A DNA stretch of 64,000 bases, taken from contig NMRA01001023.1 of assembly GCA_002633005.1 (NCBI GenBank), positions 1-64,000 on the forward strand, written 5' to 3'. The stretch is from Phoronis australis (Eukaryota > Animalia > Phoronida). The position numbers were made by a program, and so were the translations under genes. The notes below the pieces were generated by a model that saw only the letters and a program-made list of their open reading frames with translations, did not search any database and was not told the origin of the DNA. Each line of letters begins with the position of its first letter. Position 1 is the first letter of the stretch. Shown here one piece after another: positions 1 to 13,200 of the stretch.

Positions 1-1098
1 AAACTGAAATAAAAACATCGTAGGCCTATGGGTTGATGACAAATGTTTTCGGACTCCTTGCTTTCGAGGGACGTATGCATACATTTTGAGCCTCACACGT
101 TCTTTATAGCTACTGTTTGCCTAAATATTGAAACCAAAAACTAAACGATTCAGTGAAATATATTTCAGTCACGTGTTGTGGTAGTCATGTACCACTGATT
201 ATTTCATGGCTCACAGTGCTAATTTACTATTACCGAACTCTTAGATAAATATGTCCCCGTGTTATCGTTATAGGGCTAGTAATGTGTCTCTTGAAATTTT
301 AATTAATTTTTTATTGTTGTCGATAATCTGTAACCAGAGAAAAAACGTCTGTCCTTCGGCGTTTTACACTAAAAAGCGTGGGCGTTTTGCCTCAAGCAAG
401 GGTTAAAACGCCCTGACTTTTTAAGTTGTTAATTCCCACGTGGTGGGCAATGTTTGTGCAAATCGGTTCAGGGTGGTTAAACGAGATATTGGAAGATAGT
501 CATAACTCACTAGGTTATGTTTTGAAAGTTCAACGGGAAACGAAACCATGGACGTTCTCGCTTAGCACTAAGATTTTTTACTGAATTACGATTTATCTTG
601 GCTAAACTACAAGTCACGTTTCTGCTAACACCTTTCGTGCGTATAGGAGAAACCTTAATTAATATGTACATGGAATTGAATAGATAGTGGACAATTAAAA
701 CTTTGGTTTGAATGCCTGTGAAATGTAATAAATAAATTGATAATGGTAATTAATAAATTCTGTGGTTTACTTGACACGATTGGAAAATGGTTAGTCCGAC
801 CGAACGCTTCGAACGTGGAATTAAACCCACCTTCGTGTGTACTGTGGCTTCACTAACCTGAGTTTCCTGATTCAATGACTCGTGTCAATTAAGCTGGCAG
901 CCAATCAGGACGCGAGAACAATCAGCACTGTCATTTTCCCAAATCATCTCCCACAAACTTCCGTGTTACCGCGTTGAGTCTAGTCCGGTAACACTTCCTC
1001 CTTGAAAATCTGTACATGTTGATCGCTTGGAGGAGCTTCGGTCGTATTAGTCTTCGGCAACAGTTTGGTCAAGTCGTGTTGACTCGAGCAGTTCAAAA

Positions 1099-4000
1099 AT
1101 GTCTCCCGCAACTGTCACCATCATCCTGTTGCTCGGCCTCACTCTGAGTGTTTTCCATGTCAACGGGTGGTCTAAGGAGTGGATCGACAATCTGGACAGT
1201 AAAGGTGACGGCGAAGAAACGGACTTAAAGTCGTTCATCAACATACTCAGCAAACCTCGGGTTCTCGACCGGTACAAACTTCATAAAATCGTAAGTATAA
1301 GCTAAACGCTTTGCTCCTTTTTTCTGTTTTTGCTCGTGTTTTTTTTTTTTCTTCTTTTTTCTTTTTCTGTTCCGGCTCATAGATGCACTCGGAAAATGAA
1401 AATGATAGTCAATAGGAAGGCACAGATCTGCTACAAATGAGAAACGGTATCAATTTTATTTTTTTATGCATTGACAAGAGACCGTCTTCAGGCCCGTAGG
1501 AAGGCAAAAATTATTAGTAGCACCAACCTTCGACTTCGCCAACCTACCTCCTTCCTATCGCTACACCCCCCACCCCGTTCTCTATGTCACCATATTTGTA
1601 CCGACCCTCCGCGTCCGCCATAGGTGGGTTGGTTGGTAATACCTGAGATGCAGGCATCAGGATTTGAGTAACCGTGAACCAACAAGGTATTTAGCGGTAT
1701 GAAAGCGACTTCAAATATAGAACAGCATGTAAGATAGGGAAATGTATTAAAAAGTACTTGAAGCTGTAACCCTATACTGTCCAGTAAAACATGCAGCAAT
1801 AAGATAAGTTACATTCGAGGAATCATGGCTCGTGTGTATATATAATTAGGAAACACGTGATCTCATCATAGACACAGTTCATGGTTTTATAACATATCAC
1901 AATAGAATAGCCCGATTTGAAACAAATTTTAAAACCGAAACTCAAAAGCCTCAATATAGATTGATGTTAAAACACATCTATGTCTAGCAATAACATTATT
2001 TTGCTTACGAAAAATCTAAGTGCTCTAGGTTGTGAATACGTAATTACATTTAGTTTCGTTATCGTTTTAAGACACATGCATCATTTTTTATAAATTACTG
2101 TACGAATCCGAAACCTTGTGACTGTCACTTAACTTCATACAGTTTGAACGTTTAAAGAGTAATATCCTGCTTAGTCACTACTTGAAATAAATTACATACC
2201 TGGTTACTCAGCCTCACAAAACATGTTTCGAACCATTTCACATAATGGCAGAAAATTTCCCACTAAAAAACACAAAGTTTAGGACCCAGTTGCATAAAAG
2301 TTATACGCCCTATAGCAATAATGACGTCGCATTATCACCCGCCACGTTGTTATTGTTGAAAACGCACCTGACGTCATGAAACAGTCAAACTTATCCAGAG
2401 GATAATTTTGAAATTTCATGCAACCCAGCCCAGGTCTTATCGGCTAATAAAACTAAGTGTAGAAATGCCATCAAGTTTTATGAGGGTAGACAACATCCTT
2501 TCTAAGACTAGGCCACTTCACTGCAATAGTAGTTGGTTTCCTGAATTCGTTTTGATCATAGCCACCAATCACGGTCCATCACTGCAAGGAAAATTGACAG
2601 ACCTTTATGCTGGAGCCGATATCATGATTTCAATGTTTAGGCCGAAAGCAGAAAGAAGCTGCCCAATAATTATTCGGCAAAATGAAATTCGCCACGGCAG
2701 GTGTATTATCGCGGCGAAGTTTTCTTGTTTGCTTGCTTGATTTGAACGCAGGCAATAGAGCCCACATTTTACACCGATTGAACTAATAAGTGTTTTGATA
2801 AACTTTCACTAAAGAAAGGTGGCGCGAATCGTGAACACGTGCTTGTCACTTCCCGAAATATCACGCGCCTCTCTTTTTGTGGTATTCAAGCACAATGATA
2901 CACGTAGGCTGGGCACATATCACACAGTTGGGCTGCTGTCGTCCTAAGCATTATATTTCACCACTGGTTTGCCAATCGCCATTCTTATACATGCACAGTG
3001 AGTCACAATAGTAACATAAAATTAAAAGCCGAATGGGGCACGCTAAGCCGTTTTTACGTGGGAGCAGCTCAGCTGAAAAGTGCATCAATGACTACCGCCC
3101 CAAAACGTGTCAAGCGTTGGATTGGGGATTTGGGTAGCGGCGTTTTCCTCTAATCACTACTCAGGTATATTTATGAACGAAAACTTCTTCCAAATTCTAT
3201 TCAAATTCCGCCTATTTAAACTCATGGCTTTTTCACCGCGACATTCTAGGAAGACAACCCTCTACTACAGTTCGACTTCAAAAACTGTGGCTCTTCGAAT
3301 GACATTCTCCAGATATCCAAAGTCTCCGTGTCTCCAGATCCAGTCAAACTACCCGGAAGCATAACCGTTTCTTTCACAGCAAAGATTCTACGAAACATCA
3401 CTGCTCCACTCACCGTAAGTTATGCACGAGTTGCGGTGTCGTCAATGGTCTTGCATTTGCGGGGACTGTGTTAACATGAACTATCAATATTCCTTAAAGA
3501 CATCATTTGCAATATTGCAGCCCGCAAAGTATGTAAATGTCGGTGACCACGTTATTTATTTGTTGTAAACAATTTGATTGTTGTCTAACTAGTGTTACGA
3601 CGATCGAACTAAAGTTTTATGTTGCGAGTCATATTGCCGTGGCACTGTGCACTGTTTAGGCTACGGGTACTGCTGAGGAGAGTCCTGTGCAGAAGGCACA
3701 ATGGAAGAGTGGTCTGCAGAACCATTCGGGACTCGTGCAGGCATTGATGTTTTTAAACTAAGAAAAAAGCCTGATAAATTTTACAAATTTCAGTTTCATA
3801 CAAAACGTGATTCAAAGCAGAATGCACAAAATATGGTTATTGGTTTTCCTTTTTCACAAAATTGCGTGATATCCGATGTGATGAATTTACGAGGTTACAT
3901 TTCTCCTCCAGTACTTGCCTTTGGATACGTTGTACGTCGCTATGCTTTTCTTTCGTTACTTATAGGCTCAACTCTCGGTAGAGAAAAAGATCTTCGGTTT

Positions 4001-5619
4001 TTATTTATCCATTCCGTGTATAAAGAACGTCGGGTCGTGCACCTACAAGGACCTCTGTTCTATGATTCCTATCAAGCCCGGCCAACAATGTCCGGCATCT
4101 TTCCAGAAGTACAAGTTACCCTGCACGTGCCCCTTCCATGCGGTAAGACTCTTTGTGATACAGGCCCCAGTGCCCGGATGCATGAAACACCCAAATAGGG
4201 ACTCAACTATAAGGTCCCCAAGTCTTTTTGGGTATTTGTGTCTTTATGGACTCACAGATGCAATATTTTTCTATCATTTCATGTTTATTATGAGCTCCTC
4301 TTTGATTAATGACATTTTCTAATAAAATAACTAAAAACCGAGCCCAGAGTTCATTGAAAATAAATAGGGACTCAGCCCTTAAATTGAGGGTGTTGCATGA
4401 AAAGATCCCTACTTATTTTAGATAAATTTGACAATTCACTCTCGATTTGCCAAAGTCAAAAGTTGACTTAGTAATGAAACTAGAACAATACAAGAAAGGG
4501 CAATCGATGTCTTCAACAATCCAAAAATACGCATTCAATAGATTTAGGGACCTTAGTCGAGTCCCTATTGGGGACTGTTTCATGCAACTGGCCACAGGAG
4601 TCTGTTCCACGAACGCGTTTTGTTATGGAAAGTATCGCATTCGGCGAGAAACTGTTTTTTCTATTCAACCACAAAACGGTCACAGTCCGCCACTGTAGAA
4701 GTGGAGCAAAACCGTACTCGGCAGGTAAACGGTTAAAGATGGATCACGATCTGTTCAGGTAACTAAAAGATCAAATTAGGCCTTTTACTCTCATGAAATT
4801 GGTCACACAAAACTCCTTATCATGATAGGATTCTACATTCCCATGCCTAAGAAAATCGAAACCACATATACTCCCGTGAACGTTTCAAAGCTCATTGAGG
4901 TTGATCAATTTAAAATTGCGAATTCGAATGTGGCGCATGCCAAAAATACGCGTTGACTGTTACTTGAACTGGCAATAAAAATGCAATCTTGTCATATTGA
5001 GGAAGATTATGAGAGCGATTCAATTTGTAGACAAAATGAAGCTTTAAATTAAGCCAGTGTTTGAGGAACAGGAAAGTTTTACCTGAACTTAGACTCTTGA
5101 AAACTCCTTCTAGATCTCAGAAAACACAGATGTGAATAGGACTTTCCACCAAAAAACACACCGAGTCCTTCTGTGAAACCAGTGTCACGGTTTCAGGAGG
5201 AAGACAGTCTTTCTGCATGTATTTGAAGACTGACCTCGATTTCACAAAATGACTGGCAGCCTTCGACGAAAATTGAAGACTCGTAATAAAATCGGATTTT
5301 GTGTTTTATACAGTGGTTCTGGTCGAAGCTAATAACTTCATCAGAGGTCTGACCACGTCCATAAAACTGGACAAATTTGATTGATTTCGTAAACGAAATA
5401 ACAACCTATCTCTTTATGCGCCTTCGAGTTCAGTAATTTTTAACGGAGTGTGCTTGTTGTTTCTAGGGTTCTTACACTGTGCCTAAGGTCACAATGGAGG
5501 TCGGGAAAGTAAAGCTGCCATCCTTCCTTGCGAACGGCGACTACAAAATAAAAGTGAACCTCATGCATAAAGAAACGCGGGTGGGGTGCTACGAAGTGAA
5601 GGCATCTCTGGTTATTTAG
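1099..5619 (+). CDS. GM2A: GM2 ganglioside activator-like ML-domain protein, paralog 1, copy a (4 exons: 1099-1290, 3250 or 3271-3414, 3966-4142, 5467-5619)
   Basis: All introns are phase 0 with GT-AG ends. Spliced product: signal peptide MSPATVTIILLLGLTLSVFHVNG, then FDFKNCGSSNDILQISKVSVSPDPVKLPG / IPCIKNVGSCTYKDLC..CPASFQKYKLPCTCPF / GSYTVPK..LPSFLANGDYKIKV..RVGCYEVKASLVI*. The 8 Cys and 4-exon layout match vertebrate GM2A as recalled. AATAAA at 5813. Confidence 0.92.
4172..4592. mobile_element. MITE with ~33-bp imperfect TIRs in GM2A intron 3 (copy at ~31691-32108; diverged relative at ~57190-57466)
   Basis: The left end GCCCGGATGCATGAAACACCCAAATAGGGACTC matches the reverse complement of the right end, GCCAGTTGCATGAAACAGTCCCCAATAGGGACTC. 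Confidence 0.75.
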
Positions 5620-7232
5620 TGGCGGGCGCTTTTGAGAAATTCTATAATTTTATATTGCAGCTCCGTCGGTACATACGTGATTCCCCTAAGTGAACTCACG
5701 TCAACATTCTTTAAGGAATGCAACGCTTTTTGTAAAATGTAAAAAGAACGCAACTAAAGAAACTAAAACGAGCTTGTATTTGTTTACTCATCGCTTGTTC
5801 TCTGCGTGTTTAAATAAACTACGATATCATCACGGTATTCAATCAATAGAATTCAACTGATCTGAACAGGCATGAAACATAAGAGGGTCGACACATGCAG
5901 TAACTAAACAAGATGCAAAACAATATGCACTGAAATGAGTGCAAATACTTTTTCCCGTGGCTCGTTTCCGGCTTACAATTGCGTCCAAGTCAGTTGGCCG
6001 CTTTTCGGTGTTCGCTTGGATCGCAAAACCCTAGTAAAATAATGCATTCCTTTAGCGTTATGCAAGATACTGCTCTTACAGGTTAATCTTTGTTAGATTT
6101 TTTTATTAAACATTAACCTGAAACTATTTGCAAAATAGGCCATTAACCCACTTTTTGTTATTCAGAACAGTCGAGATTATAAATTTTAACTTTGGTGGAT
6201 ACACGCACAGCAGATCTGGCCAAGAACTGTCACTCTTCTCTCAGAGATCACAGGATAGGCCTATGTCACGTTTAAGGAGGAGTCAGTCTATGTTATCTCT
6301 TCGCACACTTCGTACAGGAATACTATGAAGTAAGTCTTCCATGGCGAATGCTCTTACCGTAGATTCTCAACCCCGCTTATTCACTCGATAACCCGGACAG
6401 GGAATGTCACAGCTATGTTGATTACTGTTGCACGTCCGATGCGATGGTAAGGCTCACTGGAAAACTAGGGTATAGGTTTGGGCACTTACGTGTTGGCCAA
6501 AATCACCAAGGACAAGTCAGCTATAGTGGGTATTCACATGTGTTGGGTAAAACTTGTAGACTATCGGTCATGAATATGCATTGTTTTGCCACCCTTGAAT
6601 ATGTACCTGATCAACGGTGAAGCTGCACTGGCAGCCTCTCCTATGACGTGTAAAGACAAATGGATGAGTGCAAATTATCAGTACTGTAGCACAAAGGTTA
6701 ATGTCATGAGGAACGGATCCACAGATGACTGACTAATTTTGCAGCCAAATGAGCTCAAATCTAGCGTTCAGTATTGAAACTGTCTTTTTTACCTCCAATA
6801 TGCTTTCAGCTGAGCTGGTCTTGCCAACTTGTTAACCTTTGTCTCAAGGAATAATTGTCAATTCAGAAACTACTTCTCAGAAACGAGTTATGACTAATTT
6901 TACACTGTGAATGGTCCTAAGCAAGTGCTGTTTTTGTACAAGTTTAAACAAAAGACACATAACAATATATTCAAGAAATAATTATTTTTACCAATTTACA
7001 AATATTTACAATGAACATTGTGACAGGGAAAGCATATGTTCCAGTGTCACTTACTAAGTGTAAATTTTGTTGAAAACTCTTCAGAGACTCTGTCACACTG
7101 TCATGCCTCCAAAAGAGGCAGCAATGATATCAAATACAGGGTGTGCCAAGACCGGAACACAATTTGACACTGCTGTATTTCTATAATGTGTCCATGCTTT
7201 TGAAACACTCTCTACTGTTGCCTAGGCGACCA

Positions 7233-10200
7233 TCATAATGTTGCCGACTTGAGATAGTTTACTAGACACAGGTTCTGATTAAACATGGTCTGAAGATGAT
7301 CCCACGCACAACTCTGGTGGGGCACTAGTTTCCTGGCTTCCTCCAACAGCACGGCCTCCTGGGAAATTAGGTCTCCAAACACCTGTAATAAAAACAGAAG
7401 TAATGGTAGTTGTTATGACGACGACGACGGCGGTGATGACGACCACGACGACCAAGAAGGTTTCCACTTGTATTGCCTTTTTGTTTATGTAACAGACAAA
7501 ATCGACACCCATAGCTTACACGGGTTCTCCATGTATTTAAAAATTAAATTACATATTACGCACTTAAAGCTCTCAGTGTAACGTTCTACATTGTTATGCA
7601 TGTTCTACTTGAAGTAACCCTGATCACCTGTCTCACATCTTAGTCGTATGTTTTTCTAACCATTTGGTTATTAAACTTGTATCAACGGTCTCCGTGTTTA
7701 ATTCTTTATGAAATACTAAAATTTTATTTACGTTTTTAAATAAACTTGCATTGTATCTTATTTCATAGTAGACGTATTTTTTTTCTGTTGTTATCTATAT
7801 CGTTCTTCTTAATTGTTAATATCTGTTTAATTTACTGTTACTCGGTGGTCAGCAATTAGCGGCCTGTGCCTTTACTGGCCACTCAGCCACATAACAATGC
7901 ATGTTTTTATACGATTTAAAAAATAAAAGTTAATTCTCTCTCTCTTTCTCTGACCAATGGCAAAAAATAAGAAAATTTTCCAGGTGACATGGCATTCATC
8001 AAATAAATAGGCTTATGTGATAGAAATATTCTTTGTGTTGTAAACTTCAATTGCAAGGAAAGTTTATTTGCATGAATGATGTCAAAATAATGACAAAAAG
8101 AGATGCAAATAGAGGAAACTGGAAATCAATGTGAGGAAACCAAAAAGAGGAAAATTCCATGCCCTGCTTCACAGATAAATTTCCAGTGACTGTTTAACTT
8201 GAATACAATTTTGAATAAATAAGGTCAAGAAGAAACACCGAAATAAAACGAATCAATATGCCCTGTGGCCCCATGACACTGCTGACACCAATAGATGGCG
8301 GTGCACAACGCTGACCTTGATAAAAAGACCCAGAACCACTTGGATAAATTCAAAATTTGTCTTCCTGGTCAGTTGATGTCGAACAAACTGTAGGAAGTTG
8401 ACCAGTAGCTGGACAGAGCCACCACCCTCTGGACCCAGCATTCGTATTTCAGCATCCAGTCGTGATGGGCCCAGGTCTTTAATGAAGTTCAACAGAACAC
8501 CATCTGTAACAGACAATGAGGACAACTACTATGCTATACTGATACTGCAGATAACAACTAATTACTTGGACAAAATTCAGAAATGAGAGACTCTAGCATG
8601 CCCCAACGGTAACCTCAAACACTTTTGTTCAATATAAATATCCAAGATGAAATGTCAATAACACAATTGCAGTTTTCTGTATTGTCCTTTTATGCACCTT
8701 TTTAGTTTTCCATGAAATCCCCGAAAATCCCAATTTCGGATCACCCTTCATGCTTAAGTGGAAATTCCTAGCGTTTTAATAGGAGAAGACTGAGAGAACA
8801 GACATCTTTGAAACATGAAACTAGCCAAATTTGGCATACAATATAAAAATTCTGAAAAGAGACAAATGATTCAAGAGACAAAAGTGTTACACATTTACAA
8901 GCATCAATATGGGTTACACACGATCCCTTATTCATATGGCTTTTCCGCTGAAGCACCCTCACTAGACTACCATTTATAGTTCGCATTAATGAACAATCCT
9001 TATTAAGAGAGGCTATTGAAGTCGGTAATGGGACAAACAATGGCTGGTGATTTGATTACAAATGGAAAAACTACACCAAATTATGCTTTAACTGTACATC
9101 AAGATGAGCCTCATACACAACTCACCAGTTGGGTCCTGCTGTAGCAGTCGTCCTAACTCTGACAACGGCTGGCTCAGATTGGTCTTCAAAACATGTGAAT
9201 CCTATAACACCAAACCGGTGTTAATTACATAGTGGACAGAATTACATGGACCTGAGCTTGTTCAAAAGGAAATTACAAACATAATTCTAAAACTCTTGCG
9301 TAGCAGACAGGGTCATTTTCTTATTTTAGCTAAATCTCACTACCTTTGGATGATGTCTACAACAGTATGTCCATATCCAAAAAACAGCGGATTTTTCAAA
9401 AGAAAAACAATTTTTTGTTCAAGTGATTTGCATATGTAACTGCATTCACCTAAGCTTCACAGACAGGCGCAGGCAGCCATGCATCACATAAGTACTTGTC
9501 TAAAACTGTTTGGCAAGCCCATTTTAGACTCTCAGGACAGTTCATTTCAATACTTAATGTTGTATTAAAAAGACTACATCCACTGCCAAGCTTCTACATA
9601 CAGGCGTACGGGCCTAAATATGCACATATATGGGAACTACTTAATTTCTTATGATACTGAAGGTTTTTCATGGCGCACCTGCAAAAACATTTAAACTGGA
9701 AAATATCACTCTCAAGACTTTAAAATATATTTAGGCCTGCAGAATATTGCCGCAAGACTAAACCAATGTATACCTGCTTTTCTTCGTTGTCTTCAATCGG
9801 GGCAAACTTTGGCTGTAGCCCGGGAATTGTGGGTAGAAAAAATGGTGCCAACTTTGGTACTTTAGGTGGCTCCTTAGGCTTGTTTTTCAACTACAAGAAA
9901 ATTTTGTTATGTTCTGAAACTAATGTGAAATACATGTTTTTTAATAAAGCACCACTAACAGTGAAGATGAGGCCATAACAGCGGAGAGCAAATTTTAACA
10001 ACGGTCTTGAGATAAGGATCTTCGCAGAATGTGAATGGCTGGTACTTCAACTTGAGCTCATATAGACAGAAACACATTTGACTGGTTAGTAGGTTCATAG
10101 ACTTCCATCCCTGGAATGCCAGATTCGATCTTGTGCTGGAGAGGTTATGCCGTCCATGGGTGGCATTTGCTTGCGTTCGTTTGTTCAGGTGTTAGTTCTT

Positions 10201-13200
10201 TACTGTCACTAAAACCTTTTGAAACTATGACAATTTTAACCGCATTGCATAAAAGTCATATCATTAGAAAACTATTCATAAATTCTTGATGGTGTATGAT
10301 TATACAAGAAGCAAAAAAAATAATTAAATTAATAAATAATTATCATTTTGCAAACCTCACAGGTTTAAAAAACACCAAGTGTTACCAAAATGCAAAAAAA
10401 ATAACAAGGTGCTTCAGTAATGTAAAAAGAAAATGAACCAGAGGTTGTAACTTTAATGATTCAAAAAGATTTTTACCCTACCAAGACAAAGAATTTAGAA
10501 CATGGATCCCTCACAGTTGCTGTGATGAATTGTAAGGCATACATCTTGGACTGTTGGTGCCATTTGACACACAGTTCTTCAGTAAAAAATTCAGGATGCA
10601 GTGACATTTACACAAAATGTGATAAACTAATTGCTTCAACTATCTGTCTGAAATTTGCAGATAAAGGGTTTCTGATAGATAAAAAATGAGCAAACATCTA
10701 GTGTGTAGCTTTGAAACGTACTGTTGATAGATCATGATAGCACAGTTGGTAGTGAAGGACTTTTTACAGTAGTTTATAAATCAACTCAATTCTTCAGAAA
10801 GTAAAAACTAGTGATCCTGATACACACCGCAGTAGTGTGTTTTGTCATAAACGAGACACTGGAACTCATTTTACGACTGTTATGTTATGAAAGAAAGTGG
10901 ACTCTGGAAAATGATAATATTCATGACAAAGAGACAATGTCATTTTGTACACACCTGTTAGTGGGGCCTAAACTTATCATTAAAATTGCAGAACAAATAT
11001 TCAAAACCAAATGTCACTTCTTTCTGTAAAATGCAGTAACCTGATCTCAAAACTCCAAAATGTCTTGTTGAAAAACTCTTAGCATGTAGTTTGATAGGTT
11101 GTCGAAAGTAGTTCTAAGTTGAGCTGAAAAGGTATCAGAAGCCAGGTTATTCCAGGCATCCAATCAGGGCTAAGAGCAAGAGGGGTACGAAGAATGACCG
11201 GGTTGGTTGAGTAATTTTGTTGGCACATCGCTGGTTGTCTATCTGGAACCGAGCCCTACGAGTCTCGCTTGATGAACAAAAATGACAAAATGAAAATGAA
11301 GTAATAAAATTAGGCTTGATTTCATAACTACAACACTCAGTCGAGTGGACAGCCAGAAATTCACAGTGTGAGTTTTCGCAGGTAGTTTCGGGGTCGCAAG
11401 CTCTAATAATAGAACACACTGGTCATGTGTGGGAGCTGGCATACCAGGGCTAGAGTTATATGGTAGGAGGAAAGGCCGTCCTGCCCCATGTTGCCAAATA
11501 CACCTGCCTAAAGAGGGTGCTAGAGTTTTGCACGTCATGTCCTACCTTGATGAGGTCAAGTGAGAGGAGACTAAGCCACCTGGAACTAGGCAGTAGAGAG
11601 AGAGTGACCAACTCACTGGCCAGTTGGTCGGGCGACTTGTACTCGTCCACAAGTACCTCGACATGGGTGGTGTCAGGCTCGAACTGCTTGTCATCTGAAG
11701 AAATAAGAATGGAGTGAAGACGTTTGACAAACTTCAGCTAAAGTTTACCTCCTTACTTGGTGAAGCATATATTTTCCATTAAGATTTCATCAACAAATGA
11801 ATTGATGCATAGTGAAACTCCAAAATAATTATCAACAAAGTAAATCCTACTTTTTAATACTCATGGATTAAATTTTTTTATATGTGACTTTTTGTCTAGC
11901 TCAGGTTAAGATATTATACCCATTGACTCCACCTCTACACACGCAAGTGTGACCCAGCAGTTCAACCAATTCAGCACACTAACTATCTCTATAGCTTGAA
12001 CTCTGAAACCCATGGGTGACAGCACTAGCAAAATATTCCTAATTGCTAACAAGCAACTTACTAAACAACCATCACTTTAACTTATCATTTCAGCACAGAC
12101 AGCTGTATAACCCAGATCCAGAACTGGTTTGCTAACTAAAGCAGTACGTGCATTTACTAACAGCTATTATAGTTACCAAAATGTAGGTCTCAAGCCACCC
12201 AGTAACTTCATAATGTATTGAGGACAGCATCGGATGAGAGTATAGAAAACATCACAAGACAAACTAGTTCCCACGTTACCAGAGTTACGGCTGGTAGTAT
12301 TTTACATAAACCCATCGAAGAAGATGAAAGGTGTCTGTGCACTAGGAATATGGGTAAATTTTCAATGCAACATATAAGTCTTATTTCTCAATATATTATT
12401 AATACAATTTAAAATATTCACCAATACCTTCAGCTTGTGAGCTTGTGCTGGGTAATTCAAGCACTTGGGGCTCAAAGTCTGCTGGCAGAGCAGCCAGGGG
12501 CACGTGACTGTACAGCGTCTTATTGGACCAGAGGTAGACGGAGAGGTCATCCACGTGACAAGTGACCAAAAACTCTGATGTAGGGGACATGACAAGGCTA
12601 GTGACAGGTACGTCTGTCAGGAAGCAGTCGATGAGCGCGCCGGACGGCAGGTTCCACACACGTACTGTACAGTTCATGCAGGACGACACCAGCCAATGAG
12701 AGTTGGGGCTGAATGCCTGTTGAGTTTTATAATTAAAACAGATGTAGTTGCACACAAGTGACACAGCAATCACTAGGAGAAAGTTGAAAATTATAACTGA
12801 GATGCATCATGATTTTCATTTTCAACTTTCTTCTGTTACTATGGCCACAAACTAGTGTTCCAGCAATCACTCTTCCTTAACAAACAAAATGAAAGTTAAC
12901 AGACAATTTTTTATTACAAAAGGGCTTCTTTATCAATGCATAAGTGTAAGGAATTCAAATTTTACAAATGTTCAGGTAAATATAAGATTGAATTATAATT
13001 AAATTCACACAATGACACCTGCTTTTTCACAATAGACCTCGCTAATTAACGTCTAAGACAGAAAGGTGACAATTTTTGCCCCTGTTGCAGTCACAACTGT
13101 GGAATCTCTCACCAGTTCTGTGAGGTCCACCATTGGGAAACCCACATCGGGTCCTATAAATTCTGAGTTTGCAGCTGCGTGTAAAGACAAAATCATCACA

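Noticed and set aside
10028-10165. Possible second H/ACA RNA ending ACATTC
   Set aside because: One plausible hairpin, but no H box and no second hairpin.
11733-11793. TTGATGA..CTGA C/D-like pair on the - strand
   Set aside because: Short, no terminal stem, no recognisable antisense element, and very close to the acceptor.
12033-12350. U17/snR30 m1 motif ATATTCCTA (12033 on +, 12343 on -)
   Set aside because: No correctly placed AAACCAT m2 motif or hairpin on the transcribed strand.
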